From: Verrucomicrobiales bacterium
GTDB taxonomy: Bacteria > Verrucomicrobiota > Verrucomicrobiia > Verrucomicrobiales > DEV007
NCBI GenBank assembly: GCA_030747955.1
Contig: JASLJT010000181.1
Span: 1,940 to 65,939 of the forward strand
Length of the DNA stretch: 64,000 nt
Direction: 5' to 3'
Shown here piece after piece: positions 28,952 through 37,687 of the stretch (positions are counted from its first letter, which is position 1; every line of letters begins with the position of its first letter). A model generated the notes under the pieces. The model was not told the origin of the DNA and did no database searches. It worked only from the letters and a program-made list of their open reading frames with translations. The position numbers and the translations under genes are program-made.

Positions 28952-30046
28952 ATGCAGAATCATTACAATAAAGCTTTTAACAACATGATCAGAAAAACTC
29001 TCTCCGCTGCGCTTGCAGCTTTTTTTACTATATCCACTTTATCAGCCGCTGATACTCTTGTGCTCAAAGGAAAATCAGGCCCAGGCAAAGGAAAGCACGT
29101 CGTTATTGTGACTGGTGACGAAGAATATCGTTCCGAAGAATCTGGTCCGATGCTTGGCAAAATTCTTTCTCAAAAGCACGGATTTGACTGCACTGTGATA
29201 TTTTCTTGGACTGATAATTATATTGATCCCAATAACCAGAAAGGGCTTCGTGGACTCAAGGCTCTTGATAGTGCGGACCTAATGATAATTGGAACAAGGT
29301 TCCGTCAGCCTAACGCCGAAGAAGCTTCACATATTACCAAATTTCTTAATGCCGGAAAACCAGTCATTGGATTCAGAACCGCAACGCATGCTTTTAATGG
29401 TGGCAATAAGTTTGGAACGGGAAATGGTGCAATTGGGTTCGGCGCATTCGGGCGAAAGGTCCTCGGTGAACAATGGATCAGCCATCATGGTGGACATAAA
29501 AGAGAGGGTGCGCGGGGAGTCATTGAGAAAAAGAACAAGGACCATGCCGTTCTCAATGGCGTGTCCGATGTCTTTGCTCCTTCCGATGTTTATGGCGTAA
29601 GGAACCTGACCGAAGCAGATACCATATTATTGCGAGGCGCCGTTACAAAAACATTGGATCCAAAGTCAGAAAACATTTCGGGAGGAAAAAATGATCCTAT
29701 GCAAGCGCTCGCATGGCTCCACCCATACGTTGCTCCTGATGGAAAGACTAAGGGCAATTCATTCTGCACAACTGCTGGCGCTTCATGCGATTTTGTGAGC
29801 GAGGGGCTCCGTCGTATTGTCGTCAATGCTACATACCATCTCACAGGTTTAACAGTACCAGCGAAAGCCGATGTCGATTATGTGGATCCATTTTTTCCTA
29901 GTTTTTATGGTTTCATTAGAGACAAGAACTGGTTCAAAGGATTGGACATGCAGTCGGAGGATTATGGACTAGGCAAGACCCCACATGCGCCTGATCCTCC
30001 AGGAAGTCCTGCATGGCCTCACCGTCCCACTCCCAAAAAGGGTTAA
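28952..30046 (+). CDS. ThuA-like (class-I glutamine-amidotransferase-fold) secreted protein
   Basis: KHVVIVTGDEEYRSEESGPMLGKIL, ADLMIIGTRFR, AGKPVIGFRTATHAF and DHAVLNGVSDVF match the ThuA-like layout by eye. ATG 28985 (MIRKTLSAALAAFF..) is an alternative start. Confidence 0.45.
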   Translation: MQNHYNKAFNNMIRKTLSAALAAFFTISTLSAADTLVLKGKSGPGKGKHVVIVTGDEEYRSEESGPMLGKILSQKHGFDCTVIFSWTDNYIDPNNQKGLRGLKALDSADLMIIGTRFRQPNAEEASHITKFLNAGKPVIGFRTATHAFNGGNKFGTGNGAIGFGAFGRKVLGEQWISHHGGHKREGARGVIEKKNKDHAVLNGVSDVFAPSDVYGVRNLTEADTILLRGAVTKTLDPKSENISGGKNDPMQALAWLHPYVAPDGKTKGNSFCTTAGASCDFVSEGLRRIVVNATYHLTGLTVPAKADVDYVDPFFPSFYGFIRDKNWFKGLDMQSEDYGLGKTPHAPDPPGSPAWPHRPTPKKG

Positions 30047-30067
30047 ACTAAAGGGCGTTCCTATAAT

Positions 30068-31093
30068 TCAATTTAAATCCAAAAGAAACTCGATGTGGGC
30101 ATGCACTATTTGTCCCATCGTGGATGCTTTATCAAATACGGAGGATTTATAATGATCGGCTAACTCTGATCGGAGCTGTTCAACCTTTTCCGGAGACGAA
30201 AGTTTTTCTTCCCCCATTATTCTAAGAAGAGACCCTATCCGAAGTTCGGCACTTTTGTATCTTCGGGAAATGAGTGTTCTTTCCTCTTTCTGGTACTGTT
30301 CGATAGTTGCTTGATTTAATAAATTCATGACCATTTCAACGATCGGATAATTATCAGCAAAAAACTGTGCCAGATATATTTTACGGCGACCTTCGTATGA
30401 TTGTTGGTCAAAATCAATGGGCCTTACCCTGTACTGTACCTCTTCAAAGTCGGGAGTAACATCAACGACATAATTGACTGACCTCATGTCACCGAGCAAT
30501 CGTACAAAACAACGCTCGTTGAACTTCACAAATTCTTTAGCTACTCGGACTTCGTTAAGTCCATCACGCTGTAACCAGTCTCGCAAAAATACATTCCCAG
30601 GAAGACCTGCAATGTGTTCTTCTATCAATGTCCCACCATTGACAAGATAGTTGATTCTAGTCGGAGATAAAATATGCTCAAGCTCCAGACCATAGAGTCT
30701 AGACGCGTCTGCTACCTTCACATAATAGTGATCAAAGTTATCATTGTAGCGGTTAATGATACGGATTCTGAAGGGGCGCGAATTGCCAAAAACACCAAAA
30801 TCTATTCTTTCAACATCCAAATGCTTGGTCTTGTTTGAATCACCGCCCATTTTAAGATCAGCATAGATTTTAGTGAGCTTTGGTCTGAGTTCAGCCATTT
30901 CATCAGGCTTATACATTAAGGTCTGCCAATTCGTTTCGGATCCATCAGGAGATTCATACGGAATCGCTTCACTGAACCGATGAAGGTCATTGTATATTTT
31001 AGGTATAGTATCTAAGTGACGGCTGTGCTTGATAAGATAAGCCTTCAGTTCAGAACTTACAGGATACGCAGTTTTTTTCTTTGAAATTTCCAT
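30068..31093 (-). CDS. hypothetical cytoplasmic protein with RIO/Kdo-kinase-like (protein-kinase-like fold) motif order
   Basis: No signal peptide. Ordered motifs YYVK(Lys) - LELEH(Glu) - LIEEHIAG(hinge) - LLGDMRSVNYVV (compare HGDLSEYNILV) - IDFDQ (compare IDFPQ). Confidence 0.4.
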   Translation of the reverse strand: MEISKKKTAYPVSSELKAYLIKHSRHLDTIPKIYNDLHRFSEAIPYESPDGSETNWQTLMYKPDEMAELRPKLTKIYADLKMGGDSNKTKHLDVERIDFGVFGNSRPFRIRIINRYNDNFDHYYVKVADASRLYGLELEHILSPTRINYLVNGGTLIEEHIAGLPGNVFLRDWLQRDGLNEVRVAKEFVKFNERCFVRLLGDMRSVNYVVDVTPDFEEVQYRVRPIDFDQQSYEGRRKIYLAQFFADNYPIVEMVMNLLNQATIEQYQKEERTLISRRYKSAELRIGSLLRIMGEEKLSSPEKVEQLRSELADHYKSSVFDKASTMGQIVHAHIEFLLDLN

Positions 31094-31112
31094 CTATTCA
31101 AAACGAGTGGTG

Positions 31113-31637
31113 TTATTGCTGCGGATCCTCTGATCCTTCCTTTTTATCTTTTGATTCTTTGGCCTGATCCATGCGTCCTTCAATCGCACGTTTAAGATAA
31201 GGCAAACGGTCCACTGTGATTGGAGCAAGTGCAACGAACACCTTGCCTCCCCCCTGACATTGTATTTCCAGAGTTTTCATGTCTTCAGTAACAAGTGCAT
31301 GATCAATTTCAGTCCAATAGATGACCTGAAGATTTTTACTGGGAAACCAGAAAGGAAATAATTCAATGCCCAGAGGCGTAAGAATAATAAACGCGTGCCT
31401 GACGCAATTCACTGCAACCCAAATACAAATTAAACTCAAACTGAACAATACAAGGGTAATTATAAGTTGAGTTGAAATTTCATTGATTGCCAGACCATTA
31501 AGGGTGGTATTCGAAAACCATATCCAAAATGTAATACACAAAAAAATTCCACCAAAAGCAACGAACGTCAGCCCTTGACGCGCGCGGGTAAAGCGAAGCT
31601 CCTTCTCTGGTTCGGTTATTTTGCGTGGTTTGCCCAA
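31113..31637 (-). CDS. hypothetical 2-TM membrane protein with PH-like C-terminal domain
   Basis: Two hydrophobic helices, then a ~70-aa soluble domain and an acidic tail. It ends 19 nt before the kinase-like gene on the same strand. The TTG start at 31637 is uncertain. Confidence 0.45.
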   Translation of the reverse strand: MGKPRKITEPEKELRFTRARQGLTFVAFGGIFLCITFWIWFSNTTLNGLAINEISTQLIITLVLFSLSLICIWVAVNCVRHAFIILTPLGIELFPFWFPSKNLQVIYWTEIDHALVTEDMKTLEIQCQGGGKVFVALAPITVDRLPYLKRAIEGRMDQAKESKDKKEGSEDPQQ

Positions 31638-31759
31638 GGTAATAAAATCAGCAAAACGATATCAATAGAATCTGATCATTGCCATTATCATTCACAAAAG
31701 AACTTACTAGCCGCACAGAAACTATAGTTTTTTGCTCTGTTAAGGGGGAAAAGTCTATT

Positions 31760-32845
31760 CTAATTTTCCTCAGCCTTCTGCAAAGTCTTAACGTTCAGGT
31801 CCTGCTTTGCATTAATGGTCGAACCGTCAATGGCAGGAAGGCCTAGCAAGGACATGGCAAGATTACCAGCGTCACCATTGCGAATTGGCTGCAGACTCTC
31901 AGATTCATACTTTGGGTTCTTGTCCTCGGGGCCCTTCCGGCTAGAAGGGTTGATCTTGTACAGCTCATTGCCGGGAGAAACATCAGGGCCCCAAACGTAA
32001 AATGGGATAGTGTAATTCAATTTTTCATCAGACTTAGTGTGTGTCTTTGTTTCCAATCTCCCACCATGGTCAGCCGTGATTATCAAGGCAGTTTTACCTT
32101 TCATTTGTTCGTTAGTGTCAATGAAATCAAATAATTTTCCTATAATCCAATTCATCTTAGAAACTGCAGAGATGTAAACAGACTTTGGCTGAATGTCCCA
32201 ACCATTAGCATGGCCAGCAGTGTCCGGGTCACGCAAATGCAACATACTAAAACCATAAGGGGTCTTGGCGAGAGATTCTGTAAAGGATTTGATGAGCTCT
32301 TCGGTTTTCTCATTAAAATGGTAATGATCTAATTTGTCTTTGCCATTATCCTCACCATGTGTGTCATCTCTGCCGCTCCGATCATTATAACTTAAGTCGT
32401 AGAGAACAAATTTTTCCTTGCTGCTAAAAAGAGCGGTCTTTAAGCCGTGGTCATGAGCAACGTCAAAGGCACTGGCAATGTAAGCTTTTTTGTTTCTATG
32501 AAGTAGCTGACCAATCTTGGGAGTGCCATTCTCAATCCAGGCATGGCCCGCTTCACCCAAAACGCCACGTCCTGTCAGCATACATGTATGGTTTGGCAAA
32601 GTGACGGTATAATTAAAGTCAGTCCTTGCGTTATGGGTATGCGCGCCTTCCTTTATTATTCGGTAAAAATTAGGAGCCCACTTTTCACCTAGGAATTCAA
32701 CCGCATCTGGCCTTAATCCGTCACAACTAATTAAGATTACGTGTTCGGTCTTATTTTTGTCTTGGGCAAAAGAACACAGCAGACCGAAACAAAATAAATA
32801 AACCGTCAATGATTGACGAAAAAACTTTGGGGAATAGTTTCTCAC
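31760..32845 (-). CDS. secreted alkaline-phosphatase-superfamily nucleotide pyrophosphatase/phosphodiesterase (NPP-like)
   Basis: GTG start plus signal peptide. ISCDGLRPDAV, TLPNHTCMLTG, HLRDPDTAGHANGW and ITADHGG metal-ligand motifs. Confidence 0.75.
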   Translation of the reverse strand: MRNYSPKFFRQSLTVYLFCFGLLCSFAQDKNKTEHVILISCDGLRPDAVEFLGEKWAPNFYRIIKEGAHTHNARTDFNYTVTLPNHTCMLTGRGVLGEAGHAWIENGTPKIGQLLHRNKKAYIASAFDVAHDHGLKTALFSSKEKFVLYDLSYNDRSGRDDTHGEDNGKDKLDHYHFNEKTEELIKSFTESLAKTPYGFSMLHLRDPDTAGHANGWDIQPKSVYISAVSKMNWIIGKLFDFIDTNEQMKGKTALIITADHGGRLETKTHTKSDEKLNYTIPFYVWGPDVSPGNELYKINPSSRKGPEDKNPKYESESLQPIRNGDAGNLAMSLLGLPAIDGSTINAKQDLNVKTLQKAEEN

Positions 32846-32889
32846 TGGAAATTAATATGAAGGTTATTTAAATAAAGAAAACAAAAATA

Positions 32890-33162
32890 TTAGTCTGGTT
32901 CTAGACCACATGTTTGTAGAAAAATTTCAAGCTCTTCTACCCCAAAATCAGAAAGGATTTTATCTACCATCCCTTCCATGTGAAAACGCAAACTGGGAGC
33001 AAAACTCTGCCCAGTAATTCGAACCATTTCTTCAAATTTCGCATCATCATCAATGACATCATATTCGCGGTACCTATATCCTTTCTGGTCGAGCCAGGCG
33101 ATGACAGCAACGCACCAAGGACAACCGGGCTTAACATAAAGATCAATGTTCGGATCGGACAT
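32890..33162 (-). CDS. glutaredoxin-like (NrdH/YruB-like) small thioredoxin-fold protein
   Basis: 90 aa. VKPGCPWCVAVIAWLDQKGYRYREYDV contains a CPWC redox motif. Confidence 0.75.
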   Translation of the reverse strand: MSDPNIDLYVKPGCPWCVAVIAWLDQKGYRYREYDVIDDDAKFEEMVRITGQSFAPSLRFHMEGMVDKILSDFGVEELEIFLQTCGLEPD

Positions 33163-33165
33163 TAT

Positions 33166-34701
33166 CTAATAGGCCTTTGAAAAGACTACTCTCCGCGAGC
33201 TCGGTTGGCCCGTCAGAATGCAAGTCCCCTCCTCAACATATTGTTCTCCATGAGGAATGCAGCGGATAGTAACTTTGTATTCTTTTGCAATTTTTTCTTC
33301 CTCTTCATTTGAACCTGCCCAATGACATAAAGCGAAGCCCCCATGAATTTCCGGTTTTTCAGTATTCGAAGGGGTAAAAAATTCTATGAACTCCTCCATA
33401 CTGTCTATTCTCTTCATGTTATCTTCTTTGAAGCGGGTCGCTCGCTCTAAGAGTGAAGACTGGATATCTTCGAGTACATTTGCTGCTCCCTGAAGAAATT
33501 CTTCGTTAGATATAAATTCTTTATCTTTTGGTGATCGATCACGACGAGTCACTGCTACGGTTCTTTTTTCAATGTCTCGGGGACCAATTTCAACACGTAT
33601 AGGTGCACCTTTTTTAATCCATTCCCAGTTCTTCGCACCGCCTTGCATGTCTCTCTTGTCAATCTCAACCCGAATGGGTAATCCTGCATAACTGGATGAA
33701 CTGAGTGATTTTGCCATACTTTCGGCAGCAGTAATGACTGCTTCACGGTTTTCTTCCTTAGGAATTACAGGCAAGATGACAACCTGAGTCGGAGCAACCA
33801 TCGGAGGAATTATGACCCCATCGTCATCACCGTGCGCCATGATCAGAGTCCCTACTAAGCGCGTACTAACGCCCCAGCTAGTGGTCCATCCAAATTGCTT
33901 TGTTCCATCACGGCCAGCAAAACTAATGTCTGAAGCTTTACTAAAATTCTGTCCAAGAAAATGTGAGGTTCCTGCCTGAATTGCTTTTTTGTCTTGAACC
34001 ATAGCTTCAATACAAAGGGTCCGATCGGCGCCCGGGAACCTTTCATTCTCTGTTTTTTCACCAGTGATGACAGGTATGGCTAAATGTTCACGTGCAAACT
34101 CCTCATAAACGTCCAGAATTTTTTCGGTCTCTTCCCAAGCCTCATCAGACGTTTCGTGAACCGTGTGCCCTTCCTGCCATAAGAATTCGGCTGTCCTTAA
34201 AAACAACCTCGGTCGCATTTCCCATCGCATGACATTAGCCCACTGATTAATTAATAATGGTAAGTCCCTGTAACTCTCTATCCATCGGGCAAAGGCCGCC
34301 CCTATTATGGTTTCTGATGTTGGGCGAATAATAAAAGGTTCTGCCAGTTCACCAGTCGGCACCATCTTGGTCTTTCCACTTTCATCCTTTTGAGCTTCGA
34401 GGCGATGATGCGTTACAACAGCACATTCCGTAGCAAAGCCCTCCGCATGTTCCGCCTCCTTTTCCAAATAAGAGAGAGGAATTAGAAGAGGAAAGTATGC
34501 ATTTTTGTGACCCGTTGCCTTAAACATTGCGTCTAACTGGCTTTGTATTTGTTCCCACAAACCGTATCCCCATGGCTTAATGACCATACAGCCACGGACT
34601 TCTGAATTCTCTGCAAGGTCAGCTGCTCTTACGACTTGTTGATACCACTCGGGAAAATCTTCCTGTCGGCTCGGACTGATGGCATTTTGAGGTTTGGCCA
34701 T
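33166..34701 (-). CDS. proS: prolyl-tRNA synthetase, archaeal/eukaryote-like type
   Basis: FPEWYQQVVRAADLAE, class-II motifs, no bacterial INS editing insert, and a C-terminal ...VVFSKAY ending in the conserved Tyr. The start is set at ATG 34701 (MAKPQNAISP). Confidence 0.9.
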   Translation of the reverse strand: MAKPQNAISPSRQEDFPEWYQQVVRAADLAENSEVRGCMVIKPWGYGLWEQIQSQLDAMFKATGHKNAYFPLLIPLSYLEKEAEHAEGFATECAVVTHHRLEAQKDESGKTKMVPTGELAEPFIIRPTSETIIGAAFARWIESYRDLPLLINQWANVMRWEMRPRLFLRTAEFLWQEGHTVHETSDEAWEETEKILDVYEEFAREHLAIPVITGEKTENERFPGADRTLCIEAMVQDKKAIQAGTSHFLGQNFSKASDISFAGRDGTKQFGWTTSWGVSTRLVGTLIMAHGDDDGVIIPPMVAPTQVVILPVIPKEENREAVITAAESMAKSLSSSSYAGLPIRVEIDKRDMQGGAKNWEWIKKGAPIRVEIGPRDIEKRTVAVTRRDRSPKDKEFISNEEFLQGAANVLEDIQSSLLERATRFKEDNMKRIDSMEEFIEFFTPSNTEKPEIHGGFALCHWAGSNEEEEKIAKEYKVTIRCIPHGEQYVEEGTCILTGQPSSRRVVFSKAY

Positions 34702-34876
34702 AATTTTAGCCCATACGTTCGTCTCGAGATTGAGATTTGCAAATTCTTGCAACTTTGCTTTATGGAATTTTTGATATTTAATACGATAGAAAGCATGAAA
34801 AATCAAACCCGCCGTCAATTTTTAGGGCACTCTTCAATTGGAACCGCGTCAATAGCGGCCTCCTCAGTTCTAAGGT

Positions 34877-36043
34877 TCACGAATTGGCGCGTTCAAGAAA
34901 TTCCTTATAGAACAACGCTCCCGCCGCTAGGTCTGTCTCTTTGATCCATTCGTCAGCAGTATGTGCCTGTTCAATGTGACCGGGGCCAGCTGCAACGGCT
35001 GGGATTCCTCCTTCCGCAGATAAAACGGCAGCATCACAGAACCAGGGAGCGCCAACTAATTTAGGTCCATTCGATAAATCGCATAATCCTTTAATAAATG
35101 GGTTGTCGGCTGAGGTATTGAGTGGTTCGCATCGAAGCTTAATGTCCACTTTAATTTCATTATACTCATGATTTTTAAGAAATTCTTTGAACAACTTTAA
35201 GGCATCTTCTCCTCCCAGTTGGGGCGTTAACCGAAAATCAATTTCTATCGTACACTTTTCTGAAACAATGTTTGTGCGGGTCCCTCCCGCAATGACTCCA
35301 ATGTTGATTGTGGGATGACCGAGCAATTCATCAAAATATTGATTGCTTAAAAGGTTCGCTCGAAAATCACTTTCTAATAATTTTATCAGTTCCACCATTT
35401 TGCTTATAGCGCTATGACCCTTCTCGGGCATTGATCCATGCGCTGCTTGACCCACTGACGTAACTTGCAACCATAGAGTGCCCTTGTGCCTGTAGACCAA
35501 ATCATTTCCAGTAGGTTCACCCACTAAGGCAAAGTCATATTCGCTACCATATTTTTTCGCAAAGTGCCTTGATCCGGGCTGACCAGTTTCCTCGCCCATG
35601 AATCCTGCAAATGTAACTCCAATGTTCAGGTCTCTAATCTTTTCAGCGCCTATTTCCGACAATGCCCAAAGCATTGCCGCTAAAGTCCCTTTTGTGTCCG
35701 AAGCTCCTCGTCCATAAATTTTGCCTTCGCTCAGCTGTCCACCAAAAGGGTCCACAGTCATGCCTCCGACTCCAACCGTATCAAGGTGCGGCCCAAGTAA
35801 TATCTGAGGCTTTCCTTCAAAGCCTGGGAACCTGCCCATCACGTTTGGCCTGCCTGGTTCGACTTCATCGTACCAAACTTCAGCGCCAATTGTCTCCAGA
35901 AAATTGCCAACTGCCTTGGCCATTTCAAGCTCTCCGGTATTTTCTAAGCCCGTTCCTGGATCACCATCAGGATTGACGCTGGGGATCCTGATAAATGATG
36001 AAAGAAGCTTATTTAACGTTGTCGGATTTACCCAGTTATCCAT
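34877..36043 (-). CDS. M20-family metallopeptidase (ArgE/DapE-like deacylase)
   Basis: IRIPSVNPDG, LLGPHLDTVG, GRGASDTKG, GEETG and the C-terminal EQAHTADEWI are typical of the ArgE/DapE/CPG2 family. Confidence 0.8.
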   Translation of the reverse strand: MDNWVNPTTLNKLLSSFIRIPSVNPDGDPGTGLENTGELEMAKAVGNFLETIGAEVWYDEVEPGRPNVMGRFPGFEGKPQILLGPHLDTVGVGGMTVDPFGGQLSEGKIYGRGASDTKGTLAAMLWALSEIGAEKIRDLNIGVTFAGFMGEETGQPGSRHFAKKYGSEYDFALVGEPTGNDLVYRHKGTLWLQVTSVGQAAHGSMPEKGHSAISKMVELIKLLESDFRANLLSNQYFDELLGHPTINIGVIAGGTRTNIVSEKCTIEIDFRLTPQLGGEDALKLFKEFLKNHEYNEIKVDIKLRCEPLNTSADNPFIKGLCDLSNGPKLVGAPWFCDAAVLSAEGGIPAVAAGPGHIEQAHTADEWIKETDLAAGALFYKEFLERANS

Positions 36044-36387
36044 TCCTCTGACTTTCAGTTTTTTCTTATCCTATCTTGGTTTAGTGGGTTTAGGAAAGGT
36101 TCCAAACCATTAAATGGACGTCTTATTATCAGGGTTAAGGAAGCTCTGATGGAACAAAATTATATTTTTTTAGCTAATTTCAGTTTCTCTTTCGACAAAG
36201 CTTTAACGAATATTTATTAAGGAAATCTTAACCATTGATATTAAAAAAAAGAAAACAACGTTACTTTTTTGTATTCTAAGAAGGTTTTGATTTATTCAAA
36301 TAGGCAAAAACCATTGACATTATGGTCAGAAATAGGCATTAATACTCTTCCCTTAATATATCCCCCATATAGAAAAAATTTTAAATC

Positions 36388-37089
36388 ATGAGCGAAGAAA
36401 ATCCTCAAACCCCAGCACCAGAAGATAAATCATCTTCTGTTCCCTTAAAAAAAGAGACCACACGAGTGACTCTTAAAGCATCCGAGGGTGCAGCTCCGCC
36501 GCCGCCAGCGCCTGCGGCCCCTAAGCCTGCAGCTCCTGCACAAGCAACTCAACCATTAGCTCCTGCTCCTGCTCAACCTTCAGCAGCCAAAACAGTTCCA
36601 TTGAGTCCTGCACCAGCAGCTTCAAGCCCAGCAACACAATCCTCTCCACCTCAAGCGACTGTCAAACTACAACCATCTCAACCAGGTGCTGCAAGTACAC
36701 CGGGCGGTGTAGCTGCACCTCTTTCAACTGGTAAACTTTCTGCTAGCTTGGATGATGATGGTGAAGAGAGCTTCCTCAATCCACTCGCGTGGGCTTGCGT
36801 TGTCTTAGCTCTGGCCGTGCTACTGATAGAAGCTGCAAGTTCTCCGAGCTTGTCCCAACAAGATCCAAAAATGCCGGATTCAAAATCTTGGGGAATTCCC
36901 CACGATGATTATGACCGTCGGTACAATCCACAGGTAGACAATAAGGAAAACAAAGAAGCAAAAACTTTCAAGTTCACTAAGGAAGATGTGAACCGTATAG
37001 CTTCTCCTACGAATCTGTTTCCTGCCCAATATAAAAGAAGTTTACCCACTAAAGAGTATGATGCTTATAAGGGTGAACAGAACAATTAA
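36388..37089 (+). CDS. hypothetical Pro/Ala-rich single-pass membrane protein
   Basis: The N-terminal ~120 aa are low-complexity P/A/S/Q-rich. One TM helix (LAWACVVLALAVLLIEAA), then a Lys/Asp-rich tail. Confidence 0.55.
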   Translation: MSEENPQTPAPEDKSSSVPLKKETTRVTLKASEGAAPPPPAPAAPKPAAPAQATQPLAPAPAQPSAAKTVPLSPAPAASSPATQSSPPQATVKLQPSQPGAASTPGGVAAPLSTGKLSASLDDDGEESFLNPLAWACVVLALAVLLIEAASSPSLSQQDPKMPDSKSWGIPHDDYDRRYNPQVDNKENKEAKTFKFTKEDVNRIASPTNLFPAQYKRSLPTKEYDAYKGEQNN

Positions 37090-37231
37090 GGTCTAACTTC
37101 TCCTTATTGTATTTAAACATTTTTATACCAATGCCAGCTGCAATCATTCTTACAATTATTTCTCTTTTGGTTCTTGTTCTTGAAATCTTGTCTCGCCAAT
37201 CGGGCTAAGCTTTTTTTCATCTATAGGAAAA

Positions 37232-37555
37232 ATGGCAGGAGTTATTTCTATTACCCAAGAAAACTTCGAATCTGAGGTCACGCAAAGCGACGTCCCGGTC
37301 CTCGTGGATTTTTGGGCAGAGTGGTGTGGACCATGCAAAATGCTGGGTCCAATCCTTGATGAATTAGCTGAAGAAAAAGGTGATTCGTGTAAAATCACAA
37401 AAGTGAATATCGATGATTGTCGTGATCTCGCTGTGACTTATAACGTGAAATCGATACCCATGATGCTTTTTTTCAAAGACGGCGAAGTTAAAGATGAGGT
37501 AGTTGGACTCATTAATAAAGAGGCTATTTCCTCTAAATTGGACGCAATTTCATAG
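37232..37555 (+). CDS. trxA: thioredoxin
   Basis: 107 aa. VLVDFWAEWCGPCKMLGPILDELA contains the canonical WCGPC motif. Confidence 0.95.
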   Translation: MAGVISITQENFESEVTQSDVPVLVDFWAEWCGPCKMLGPILDELAEEKGDSCKITKVNIDDCRDLAVTYNVKSIPMMLFFKDGEVKDEVVGLINKEAISSKLDAIS

Positions 37556-37556
37556 T

Positions 37557-37583
37557 TTTTCGTGTAACTTGCACGAAAATTTC
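37557..37583 (+). terminator. rho-independent terminator after trxA
   Basis: TTTTCGTG-TAACTTG-CACGAAAA followed by TTTC, starting 2 nt after the trxA stop. Confidence 0.6.
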
Positions 37584-37687
37584 TACAGGTATTATTATCT
37601 GCCTAAGAATAAAGCGATTAGTCTGTGCTTGGGCAGGTTTTTCCTTCCCAAGACCCAAATACTTGCTTAGCTGAAATCAGAGATCCT

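Noticed and set aside
34702-34818. 39-aa N-terminal extension of proS, and similar over-long track starts at 2225, 6178, 24784, 24823 and 37625
   Set aside because: The extensions run into intergenic or neighbouring-gene sequence, or start at non-ATG codons. Downstream ATGs give N-termini that match the family or show signal peptides.
36480-36760. Pro/Ala-rich coding stretch as a DNA tandem repeat or VNTR
   Set aside because: Reading the DNA shows no exact periodic unit. It is compositional low complexity (GCN/CCN codons), not a true tandem repeat.
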